From IMG/VR virus record IMGVR_UViG_3300025325_000017: DNA of 64,000 nt; one strand, written 5' to 3'. How positions within the stretch are numbered: the stretch's first letter is position 1; the number at the start of each line of letters is the position of its first letter. The stretch comes from an uncultured virus (IMG/VR IMGVR_UViG_3300025325_000017). Lineage: Duplodnaviria; Heunggongvirae; Uroviricota; Caudoviricetes. This document shows, piece by piece, positions 38,905 to 47,513 of this stretch. Position numbers and translations under genes: made by a program. The notes under the pieces are model-generated. The model was not told the origin of the DNA and made no database searches. It saw nothing but the letters and a program-made list of their open reading frames with translations.

Positions 38905-38927
38905 CAGTGTATTAGACGGAATTCCGC
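38899..38927 (-). other. attI-like site 3 (inverted)
   Basis: Minus strand GCGGAATTCC-GTCTAAT-ACACT-GTTAGAA. Confidence 0.7.
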
Positions 38928-38939
38928 CTATCCCCAAGT

Positions 38940-38963
38940 AAAAAGCCCCCTTGCGGGGGCCTT
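38940..38963. terminator. GC hairpin, probable terminator (A-run suggests minus-strand use)
   Basis: AAAAAGCCCCC-TTGC-GGGGGC. Confidence 0.5.
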
Positions 38964-39387
38964 CTACCAGCACTAGCGCCGGAGAAGCGTTTGTGCTATT
39001 TTGCGAGTGTCAAGATCGCGTAATCGTTATACGCCTTCCGACTTCGAAACGCAACCTTGACCGGACTCCCCTCGATAGTGGTAGCGCGCATCATGTCGCG
39101 GCCGGGAAGAAAAGCATGATTGGCCTTGGAAAACAAGGCACTGGCTCAGAACCGGCCTTCGGAGGCGTCATGGTTATGACCTCCGGCGAAACAGGTAAGC
39201 TTTAAGCCCGTCCATACTTACGCGGCCTCGGCGACGCTCCTTTAGAATAACAAGGGAGGCAATACAGAGGGGCGGGGCGTCTGGCCCACGATATAGGGCA
39301 CCTGATAGCGCGCAACCATCTCCAAAGCATCCGCCGGCGGGCGGGGAGTGCGGTGCGGTGGTATGTCCTAAAAAGGAGAACTACTTT

Positions 39388-40032
39388 ATGTCAAAAAAAA
39401 CCGATGAAGAAAAAGATCAAAGAAAACTTGAAGTCCGTCAAATTATCGAAAATGAACTGATTCCAATCTGGCGCGGTCAACAGCAACGGATGGAATATGC
39501 GATCACATGGATCGTAACTAAAACTGGATATTCATCGGAAATATTCCGGAGTGAAGTCATTCCCTGGTTGAAAGAATGGAACCGCCAGACCGACATGGCG
39601 GACAGATCCGGCAAGCGGGAGTTTTACGCACCGCTGCCGAACCTGTATACTTTCGTCAGTGAGAAACGCTGGAAAGACAAGCTGCCTTTCGATAGTTTCG
39701 CCGAACTGACATCGGATGACAAGATTCAGACATCGTGTTCCTGCGGCAAGAAAGCGATCATCAAGATCGGTCCCGAGTGGTTTTGTTCCTGGCACTACTC
39801 CCATCAGTTTTGCAACACCGGACCTACGGGGCTGGATAAACTTCGTCACGCTTGGAAAACCAGAATCCCCCACAAGCCGAACGAGTCCGGACTTGAGTAT
39901 ATCGCGCGCGTCTACGGTGGAGGAAAAAAGCAAAGCCTGGGAGAAGATAAAACAGAAATCACCCGATCTGGCGGCGTTTCTGACTACGGTCCGGAAGACG
40001 CTTGGGCCTACGGCGGTGAGGATCTGGTTTAA
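39388..40032 (+). CDS. Putative replication-region protein
   Basis: SD AAGGAG; F.....RW.D motif; C-terminal Zn ligands. Confidence 0.45.
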   Translation: MSKKTDEEKDQRKLEVRQIIENELIPIWRGQQQRMEYAITWIVTKTGYSSEIFRSEVIPWLKEWNRQTDMADRSGKREFYAPLPNLYTFVSEKRWKDKLPFDSFAELTSDDKIQTSCSCGKKAIIKIGPEWFCSWHYSHQFCNTGPTGLDKLRHAWKTRIPHKPNESGLEYIARVYGGGKKQSLGEDKTEITRSGGVSDYGPEDAWAYGGEDLV

Positions 40033-40482
40033 GTGAACGAGAAGCATTTTATTCTTCGCTCCAACGCCGTGAGAGATTTTATTTGCGATACGTTGGAATC
40101 CCTGCCATTCAAGCCAGAATACGAAATTATCATCCGCCCTTTTGAAAAACACCGCACCGATGGGCAAAATGCCCGTTACTGGGCTACACTTGCGGAATAT
40201 TTAAGACAGATCAATCAGACTGTTCATAGCATAGCTGAAAGTTCCGGGCATACTCCGCTGGAAATCAAACGCCTGATCGCGGCGGATTTATTGCCTGAGC
40301 AAATAGCGATTTTATTCGCCAAAACTCCTGAAACAGCGCATGATGTCCTGAAAGAAATCTGTGACGTACCGACCAGCACCAGGCTGGGGACCAAAGAATT
40401 TCAGCGATTTGAGGAACGTATGGAGCAAACGATAGCCGAGATTGCGGGGCACGTCGAGGCGTTTAGGGGGCGATTTGAGTAG
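40033..40482 (+). CDS. NinB-like protein
   Basis: RTDGQNARYW, STRLGTKEF. Confidence 0.65.
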   Translation: MNEKHFILRSNAVRDFICDTLESLPFKPEYEIIIRPFEKHRTDGQNARYWATLAEYLRQINQTVHSIAESSGHTPLEIKRLIAADLLPEQIAILFAKTPETAHDVLKEICDVPTSTRLGTKEFQRFEERMEQTIAEIAGHVEAFRGRFE

Positions 40483-40855
40483 TGATCGTCGCAAGCTGGA
40501 AAAAAAACTGGATGTTGTTTTTTCGCGTTATATACGCATGCGAGATAAATTAACTTGCCGGCGATGCCGGAAAAAATACGACAGGTTCTGTACCGGAATA
40601 CAGTGCAGTCATTTTTGGGGCCGCCGGCATCGCGCGACCAGGTGGAACGAGTTAAATTGTATCGCTCTTTGTGCTGGCTGCCACCTGCACCTGACTGCTA
40701 ATCCCGCGATACATCATGCCTGGTACATGGAGCTTATCGGCCCTGGGGCGTATATACGGTTGGAGCATTTGCATAACAGCTCGCCGAAATTCACCGCTAA
40801 CGATTTATCACTTTTGCTGCGAGACTACCGCAAAAAACTGGAGGCATTTTCGTGA
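40475..40855 (+). CDS. NinG/Rap-like endonuclease
   Basis: FSRYIRMRD..CxxC, CSHF, TRWNELNC..LC..CH. Confidence 0.85.
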   Translation: MSSDRRKLEKKLDVVFSRYIRMRDKLTCRRCRKKYDRFCTGIQCSHFWGRRHRATRWNELNCIALCAGCHLHLTANPAIHHAWYMELIGPGAYIRLEHLHNSSPKFTANDLSLLLRDYRKKLEAFS

Positions 40856-41085
40856 AAATCTGCGTTTCTTGTAAGTCTCATCTCATCCGCCAGCCCGAGT
40901 GTTCCGAAGCAAATTGGCGAAGAAAAAAATATTGCAGTAAACAATGCAACGACGCATCTCGAAAATTCCGACAAAGTGCCCAAAAGAAAAAACATATAAA
41001 ACGAGTGAAACAGGAATTTCACGAGAAAAAACAAGCTCGGGAAACAAGCATACAGTCCTTGTTGTGCTCAAATTGGCGGCTGTAG
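40852..41085 (+). CDS. Small Zn-finger protein
   Basis: CxxC..KYCSKQC. Confidence 0.5.
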   Translation: MKICVSCKSHLIRQPECSEANWRRKKYCSKQCNDASRKFRQSAQKKKHIKRVKQEFHEKKQARETSIQSLLCSNWRL

Positions 41086-41296
41086 TGGCTTTCCCTTCGC
41101 GGTTTTATCACGATCCTGCAAATGTATTGCAGTATAATGACCGCTATAAGAGCGGCTGCCCGGCCTGTTTGCATTCTCGCTATTTTCGCAAAGGCGATAT
41201 ATGGTATTGTGCCCTTCATATTCAAGGTTTTCCGAAACTGGGAAAAGATGGTTGTAAATCATGGAAAAAATCGAATAAAAAATCCTGGGAGAAAAG

Positions 41297-41896
41297 ATGG
41301 GACCAGATCGCGCAGCGGAGTTGATCGCCAGATTGTCCGATCAATGTTCTCAATCCTTGTCTCAATTTCAGACGTGGGGGCAGACCATTCGAGGAGATTT
41401 CAAGGGCCTGGGCCCGCCCGACATAGCCGCCGCCCTAGCGGGGGCGCCGGGCGCATCCGGTTTAGTTGTGCGGATCAAATACGCTGGACAATATCGTTAT
41501 GCTGACGATTTACTTGCGGCTCTAGTGCAAGCCATTATGCATGACAGACTGTTGGAGCTATCCCGGATTCACCCATATCGAAAATGGCGCGAACCGTATA
41601 AGGGATTTGTTAAAAATCTGTGTTTATTGGCTATACAGGAAACAGCCTCTCCGCAGATTTGTCTATGGTGCGAGGGGGTTGGATCAAGCAAGAATGATTC
41701 CAAGATTTATCAATGCGCCGCCTGCCGGGGGACCGGCCGTAAATGCCATTCTGACCGCGCCAGAGCCGCCGTGATGCATGTTCCACGTGGAACCTGGAGG
41801 TATGTGTGGCAAGACCGTTATCGAGCCATACAAGTGCTCCTAGGGCGTTGGGAGGCAGTGGCTTTACAGCGCACGGTAAAACGCCTTGACATATAG
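41297..41896 (+). CDS. Q-like late antiterminator
   Basis: DIAAALAG; CxxCxGxG x2; position after the nin genes. Confidence 0.7.
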   Translation: MGPDRAAELIARLSDQCSQSLSQFQTWGQTIRGDFKGLGPPDIAAALAGAPGASGLVVRIKYAGQYRYADDLLAALVQAIMHDRLLELSRIHPYRKWREPYKGFVKNLCLLAIQETASPQICLWCEGVGSSKNDSKIYQCAACRGTGRKCHSDRARAAVMHVPRGTWRYVWQDRYRAIQVLLGRWEAVALQRTVKRLDI

Positions 41897-41909
41897 CCCA
41901 TCTCGTCTA

Positions 41910-42140
41910 TTATTTTCCTAACCTTACCATGATAGCCGTTAGAGATTGCCCACTTACCGGGCAAGTTGTCGCTTCCAGATGTTCAATGTGTGGGCAGGCG
42001 TAAAACGCCTGGACATACTCGCCGTGGAAGGCCCGCCCAAGCTCACAAGGCGAGTCATCCAGATAAGCTGCATTGTGGCAATGGTCGCACGCCTGGAGAT
42101 GTAGCTCCCAGATTTTTCGACAAGATTCGATATGCGTCAT
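41910..42140 (-). CDS. Cys/His-rich hypothetical protein, copy 2
   Basis: Paralog of 445..660; IS inserted immediately upstream. Confidence 0.55.
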   Translation of the reverse strand: MTHIESCRKIWELHLQACDHCHNAAYLDDSPCELGRAFHGEYVQAFYACPHIEHLEATTCPVSGQSLTAIMVRLGK

Positions 42141-42282
42141 TTGATTGGGAATTATATAGATGACTCCCTCTGAGCTTTCTTCTTCCGGCGTGCGCGCTTC
42201 TTGGCCGGTTTGCTCTTGGGCTTCGGCCGATAGGACAGAACCTTGTCCACGATTCGGTCAAGTACGGCGGGCGGCTTCTTGC

Positions 42283-43203
42283 TCATTGCGTCAGCGCCTT
42301 GTAGGTGATGCGCTTGCCAACGGTCGCACACACGAAACTATCGAGGCGTTCCAGCGTGTGCCGCTTCACGTTGCCGTCATTCAGCCGGAACGCAAACTCG
42401 TTGACGTATCGGCCCAAGTGCTTGCGGCTGGTGTGGTGGTAAACGCCGAGTACCCCGCGCTTCATGACCGCGAACACGCTCTCGATGCTGTTGGTCGTGA
42501 CGTTGCCGCGCACGTATTCCCCACCGCTGTGGTTGATCGCTTCGTGGCGGAAGAACAGGCCATCAAGCCCACTGTAAGCCGTCGCCTCGTCGGTGTGCAG
42601 CGTCGAGCCAACCGCAACACGCGCATGAATTGCACGGTGTACGGTGTCCAGGTTCACGTCGGCAATCGGCGTGGCAATCGTCTTGCCACCGCGCTCACGC
42701 ATGCCGAGCACCGCAGCCTTACCGACTGCGCCGCGCCCGGCATTGAGTTTTTTTACGGTGTGCTTGTTCGCCTCCTTGCCGCCAAAATAGGTTTCGTCAA
42801 TTTCAATGATGCCTTGCAGCTTGGCCAGATCATCGCCGCACGCCTCACGCAGGCGATGCAGGACGAACCACGCGGATTTTTGGGTGATGCCGATCTCCTT
42901 GGACAGTTGCAGCGAGGAAATGCCCTTACGGCTCGTTACAAGCAGGTACATGGCATAAACCCACTTTTGCAGCGGAACATGCGACCGCTCGAAAATAGTG
43001 CCGGTGCGAACGGTGAAATCCTCGCGGCAGGCATTGCAACGGTAATAGCCATCCTTGCGATTCGTCACACGTTCGCCACTGGCGCAGATTGGGCATTTCA
43101 CGCCGTTCGGCCAAAGGCGCGACTCCAAATAGAGCCGCGCCGATTCTTGGTCGGGGAACAGCTTGAAAAGCTGAAATGTGCTGATAGTCAGGCTGTCGTT
43201 CAT
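42283..43203 (-). CDS. IS1595-family transposase
   Basis: Zn ribbon; IEIDETYFGG; HTDE; TTNSIESVF; YVNEFAFRLN. Confidence 0.95.
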   Translation of the reverse strand: MNDSLTISTFQLFKLFPDQESARLYLESRLWPNGVKCPICASGERVTNRKDGYYRCNACREDFTVRTGTIFERSHVPLQKWVYAMYLLVTSRKGISSLQLSKEIGITQKSAWFVLHRLREACGDDLAKLQGIIEIDETYFGGKEANKHTVKKLNAGRGAVGKAAVLGMRERGGKTIATPIADVNLDTVHRAIHARVAVGSTLHTDEATAYSGLDGLFFRHEAINHSGGEYVRGNVTTNSIESVFAVMKRGVLGVYHHTSRKHLGRYVNEFAFRLNDGNVKRHTLERLDSFVCATVGKRITYKALTQ

Positions 43204-43206
43204 AAA

Positions 43207-43473
43207 TCAGTCCTGCGACACGAGGTCTTGCAAATCGCAGAATCGTTGCGCCGCTGCGTCATCCTCAACAGACTCAGCGTGCCAGTAATTGCCGGGATTG
43301 CGCAGCGGTTGCTTAACTGCCGCGTCAAACAATTCTTCGGGCGAGAAATCACGCAGGTCATACCCGCTGTTCGCATCTTGGCCAAAGCCTTGTTCTTGCA
43401 GATAAATACCGGCATCGGCTTTAAACTCGAACATTTCGCATTCGCCTTTCTTGCCTGTGATGATGAATTTCAT
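43207..43473 (-). CDS. IS passenger, acidic hypothetical protein
   Basis: SD AAGGAG; lies inside the TIRs. Confidence 0.6.
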   Translation of the reverse strand: MKFIITGKKGECEMFEFKADAGIYLQEQGFGQDANSGYDLRDFSPEELFDAAVKQPLRNPGNYWHAESVEDDAAAQRFCDLQDLVSQD

Positions 43474-43600
43474 GATCTGAACTCCTTGGTTGATTTACCT
43501 AACCTACAATCAACATTGTACATAACTCCCTTGGGGAGTCAAGTACCTAACCAGACCAGCCGACGAACGGTAGGGAGTCATGTATATAAGTCCCATTTGA

Positions 43601-43900
43601 TTAGTCCTTAGCATTTTTAACGATTGATTCAGCCAGGATCGCGGCTTTAATCCACGCCGTGCTGTCAGTCTCAAAGCGCGCCATGCCGATCATTCCCTCA
43701 AGTGCCGCCAGTAGTTCATAATGCGAGTTACAGGCGCGGACGATAGCGCGGGCGTTGGCGTAGGTGTCCTCCCAATCCACCGCGCAGGAATCGTTCGGGG
43801 TTGCTGCGGTTGCCACGAGGATCCCAGCACTGTTGGTAATGTACTGGGTCCCAGTCTCGTTTTTCCACGGCCAAGGGGTATGTGTAATTTTCATGATCAT
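43601..43900 (-). CDS. Phage hypothetical protein, copy 2
   Basis: Near-identical to 665..964. Confidence 0.7.
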   Translation of the reverse strand: MIMKITHTPWPWKNETGTQYITNSAGILVATAATPNDSCAVDWEDTYANARAIVRACNSHYELLAALEGMIGMARFETDSTAWIKAAILAESIVKNAKD

Positions 43901-43993
43901 CCTCCACGTTGGAATAAGTGCCCCTCTATCGCCGGCATAACCGGGGGGGCGCGGTTGCTTGGAGACCGGTTGTCCGGTCTGCCGGGCCGGTGG

Positions 43994-44287
43994 CTAGCAA
44001 ATCCCAGCCGATAGAGACTTTCCTGGCCTTTCCGTGGGCATGTCAAAAAACCTGTTGAGCAGTCCGGCGCGGATAGGGACTGAATCATCACTGGGAATGC
44101 GCGCAGTGCCGAAGGCATAAAAGTGTGCCTTCGGATCAATTTCGCATGCTTTCTTGCGCACCGCGTCCACCATATCCAGCGCCGCTTGATGGTTATTAGT
44201 GAATGGTCCTAAGAGCCGGTTCCACCTGTCGCCGTCAATGACAGTGACATAGTATTCGCCTGGCCTGCTATCCGCTGTCTGTGTCAT
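43994..44287 (-). CDS. Hypothetical protein (repeat-led small gene)
   Basis: SD in repeat copy 4; occupies the slot of the three genes in copy 1. Confidence 0.65.
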   Translation of the reverse strand: MTQTADSRPGEYYVTVIDGDRWNRLLGPFTNNHQAALDMVDAVRKKACEIDPKAHFYAFGTARIPSDDSVPIRAGLLNRFFDMPTERPGKSLSAGIC

Positions 44288-44295
44288 TTTCCTAA

Positions 44296-44338
44296 CCCTC
44301 CAAGGTTTACCGGGATCCGCCCGGCATCTACATAGGGT
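44296..44338 (-). repeat. Hairpin+SD leader repeat, copy 4
   Basis: CCCTCCAAGGTTTACCGGGATCCGCCCGGCA..CTACATAGGGT. Confidence 0.8.
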
Positions 44339-44554
44339 AGTGTAAGCCGTTTTACTGTTCAAGCTTCGCATCAACCGCTCGTCAGCCCATCGTAGCCATC
44401 CGTCAGTCCAAACCGACCGCTTGTAAAGCCCTACAGCGTCTGTAAAATGGCAGGGACAGGCAACGCTAGCGGGTATGGCAGAGATAACGCCCCAGCCGGC
44501 AAGGCAGGCGGTATAATCCAACCGATAAACGGTATATGAGGGAATGTTAATATC

Positions 44555-45049
44555 ATGAGCGCGCAGGCATTGAGGAAATATATTCCTGGCCGGTCCACTC
44601 CCGGAAAACTCGCAGGAATAGACCCCGAGCGCCTCCTAGACCGCATTGCCAATGGTGATTACCCCGCTAATATTGCGCGTGAGCTGGACGTTTCACGCCC
44701 CGCGTTGCATTACAAGATTAGCGGCCACCCTGAATATCAATTATGCCGCGAGATAGGCATGGAGATCCGACTGGATGATGGGTTGGAGAAAGTGCACTCC
44801 GCGCCGGACCTTAACATTGCCCGCATGGAAGAGGTCAAACTCCGCCGCCTGGAATGGCGCGCAGAGCGCGAATTCCCGCACCGATGGGGCGTAAAACAGA
44901 TGATCGCCGTAGTCCCGATTGCACTTGATCAGGTGATGACAGCTCGTGCTGCCGAGCTGCTTGCAATCATCGAGGGTGGGATAATCGCCGACGACAGCGA
45001 GATAATCGCCAGCGCTGACGTACATGCCGTGCAGGTACAGGGTACGTAA
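44555..45049 (+). CDS. Terminase small subunit (module B)
   Basis: HTH; W.AER.FP.RWG motif. Confidence 0.7.
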   Translation: MSAQALRKYIPGRSTPGKLAGIDPERLLDRIANGDYPANIARELDVSRPALHYKISGHPEYQLCREIGMEIRLDDGLEKVHSAPDLNIARMEEVKLRRLEWRAEREFPHRWGVKQMIAVVPIALDQVMTARAAELLAIIEGGIIADDSEIIASADVHAVQVQGT

Positions 45050-45286
45050 CCGCGAGCGCATGGCCAGCAAGCGCAAGGCCCCCTCCGATCCACATAGCTA
45101 GGCTAGGTCAGTAGCTGGCGGGGGCGGGGTAGGGGTGAAATGGCAGAAAGCGTAGGGGTGTGTTTAGGGGTCCCCACACCCCCACACTCCCGCTATCCTC
45201 ACACTCCCGCTATTCCCTCTACACCCCCACATTCCCTTTCTATTTTTTGGCGCGTAAAATTTTTTGATCAACTATTGGAGAGATTC

Positions 45287-45484
45287 ATGGCTATACCTGG
45301 AGAACAAGAACATCTTGAGTATCTCGATTACGTCGAGAGACATGCAATGGGCGAGTTTGCCGGAAAGCTCATGACCAAGCCGGAATGGAGAGAGTGGAGA
45401 AAAACGCAAGCCCCTCCGAAACCAGCCCCGACTCCTCCAATTCCTCCCGGGGACCCCAGAACAGTGGGCGAAATGATTCAGTAG
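45287..45484 (+). CDS. Hypothetical protein
   Basis: SD GGAG; Pro-rich tail. Confidence 0.45.
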   Translation: MAIPGEQEHLEYLDYVERHAMGEFAGKLMTKPEWREWRKTQAPPKPAPTPPIPPGDPRTVGEMIQ

Positions 45485-45494
45485 CAAGGCTTTT

Positions 45495-47513
45495 ATGGAA
45501 TTGACGGCTCGCTTGCGTTCTCTTTCGATGGGGAAAGTGATTTCCTACTGGGACCTTGTGGAGGAGGAAGGAAGAAAGACGAATAAACTACCGCAAGCGG
45601 TAAGGTTCTTGTGTCTGTCGGATTTGTTTTATCTGCTGGTTCGGGTTTGTGGCCGGAAGGATATGTTGAATGACTTCGCTTTTAGCCGGGTCAGGGAGAT
45701 TGAGAAGGGGCCGGATGGTTATTTGGATCTTTGGTCCCGGGAGCATTATAAGGACCTAGCTGATTACACGCCAATGCTTACGGCAAATCGCGGTTGGACA
45801 ACGCACGGCGAATTGAAGATTGGTGACCGGGTTTTCGCTCCGAGCGGCAAGGACGTTCCGGTCATTGCGCTTTCGGACAGATACACGACATCGGAATGTT
45901 ACGAAATTACGTTCAGCGACGGTGCCAGGATCGTGGCCGGGGCGGGGCACCTGTGGAGATTGCGCCGCAAGATCAGGCGCCGCGTTGCAAACAACGATTT
46001 GGTTGAATTCGAGGAATACATTGCGAGCACCGCCGATATGATTGCAATCGGTGGAAGGCTGGACGTTGGGACAAGCGCCCCACTGGAGTTTGCCAGGGCG
46101 AATCTTTCCATTGATCCGTATTTACTCGATCGTGTGGTGCAGAAGATCGAGCGAGTACCTTCTGTGCCAACTCGCTGCATCCAAGTGGTTGGTGGGATGT
46201 ACGTCGCCGGCCGTGAATTGGTCCCGACGCATAACAGCTCGATAATCACGTTTGGGCTGACCATTCAAGATATTCTGAAAGACCCTGAAATCACTTTCGG
46301 GATTTTCAGTCATACTCGGCCCATAGCCAAGGCTTTTCTCAGACAGATCATGCGCGAACTGGAGACCAATAGGGTTTTGCAGGGAGCTTTCCCGGATATT
46401 CTGTGGGGGGAGAATTTGAAGGAATCTCCGAAGTGGGCGGAAGACGATGGAATCATCGTCAGGAGGAAATCCAATCCGAACGAGGCGACGGTCGAGGCCT
46501 GGGGGTTGGTCGACGGACAGCCGGTATCCAAACATTTCAAGGTGTTGCTGTATGACGACATCGTGGTGCAGGCGTCGGTCAGCACTCCGGAGATGATCTC
46601 CAAAACCATGTCTCGCCTGGAGGAGTCGTATTCGCTTGGAACGGCTACCGGAAAAAGAAGATTCGCCGGCACCCGCTGGCACTTCAACGACGCCTACGGG
46701 ACCATTGCGGAACGAAAAACCGCCGTTGTGCGGGAGCATCCCGGACGTATCGGGGGGACGGAAGACGGCGAATCGGTGTTCTGGACGGAAGATGTACACC
46801 GTCGGAAAAGACGGGACATGGGACCATATGTATATAGCGCGCAGGTTCTTCTACGACCGAAGGCCGACGCCTTGCAGGGGTTCAAGCGGGAATGGTTGAG
46901 AACTTATCAAACGATCAAGATGGAGGAATTGAATTGGTATCTTCTTTTCGACGCCGCCAATTCAAAGAAACGATCTAGTGATTACACGGCGGGTTGGGCC
47001 GTCGGGCTGGGACGGGATGAAAATTATTATTGTATCCCCATCGTCCGGGACCGATTGAATCTCAAGGAACGCGGCGACAGGGTTTTCGAGGCCCACAGAA
47101 AATACAAACCGAAACAGGTGCGTTATGAAAAATATGGCATGATGGCGGACATAGAACATCTTCATTCACGCATGGAGTATGAAAACTATCGCTTTGGAAT
47201 CACGGAAGTCGGCGGCCAGACATCCAAATCGGATCGCATCAAGCGCCTGATCCCGCTATTCGTGGCCGGGAGAATCTGGCTGCCGGAATCCATGTATGTC
47301 ACCAATTGGGAGCGCACTCCGATTGATCTGGTGCGATCCTTCATCGAGGAGGAATACATGGCGTTTCCGGTGGGGATGCACGAAGACGGGCTGGATTCGC
47401 TGTCTCGCATCTGCGAACCCGACCTGACCCTGATCTGGCCGATGGAAAAAAAGAAAGAAACAGGCAGACAATCTCCCAGTTACAACAATCAACACGTCGG
47501 TTGGATGGGATAA
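45495..47513 (+). CDS. terL: Terminase large subunit (module B) with intein
   Basis: REHYK/S Walker A split by a Hint domain; LLYDD; GTRW; HEDGLDSL. Confidence 0.9.
   Translation: MELTARLRSLSMGKVISYWDLVEEEGRKTNKLPQAVRFLCLSDLFYLLVRVCGRKDMLNDFAFSRVREIEKGPDGYLDLWSREHYKDLADYTPMLTANRGWTTHGELKIGDRVFAPSGKDVPVIALSDRYTTSECYEITFSDGARIVAGAGHLWRLRRKIRRRVANNDLVEFEEYIASTADMIAIGGRLDVGTSAPLEFARANLSIDPYLLDRVVQKIERVPSVPTRCIQVVGGMYVAGRELVPTHNSSIITFGLTIQDILKDPEITFGIFSHTRPIAKAFLRQIMRELETNRVLQGAFPDILWGENLKESPKWAEDDGIIVRRKSNPNEATVEAWGLVDGQPVSKHFKVLLYDDIVVQASVSTPEMISKTMSRLEESYSLGTATGKRRFAGTRWHFNDAYGTIAERKTAVVREHPGRIGGTEDGESVFWTEDVHRRKRRDMGPYVYSAQVLLRPKADALQGFKREWLRTYQTIKMEELNWYLLFDAANSKKRSSDYTAGWAVGLGRDENYYCIPIVRDRLNLKERGDRVFEAHRKYKPKQVRYEKYGMMADIEHLHSRMEYENYRFGITEVGGQTSKSDRIKRLIPLFVAGRIWLPESMYVTNWERTPIDLVRSFIEEEYMAFPVGMHEDGLDSLSRICEPDLTLIWPMEKKKETGRQSPSYNNQHVGWMG
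45753..46235 (+). mobile_element. Class 3 mini-intein (161 aa)
   Basis: Starts with Asp; GELKIGDRV, HLW, TRCIQV, PTHN/S. Confidence 0.85.

Larger units (their letters stand above)
42147..43594 (-). mobile_element. IS1595-family element, 1448 bp
   Basis: 23-bp TIRs (21/23 match); 8-bp TSD ATTTGATT at 42139-46 / 43595-602; empty site at 659-666. Confidence 0.97.
41586..44552 (+). repeat. Diverged second copy of block 1-2395, interrupted by IS1595 and carrying a different small-gene cargo
   Basis: 1-118 is identical to 41586-41703; homology continues with substitutions and indels. Confidence 0.9.

Noticed and set aside
38965..39380. tRNA or known ncRNA in the long intergenic stretch
   Set aside because: No cloverleaf or recognisable family by eye; a covariance search would be needed
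42160..43611. 483-aa plus-strand ORF
   Set aside because: Antisense shadow of the IS1595 transposase that runs past the element end
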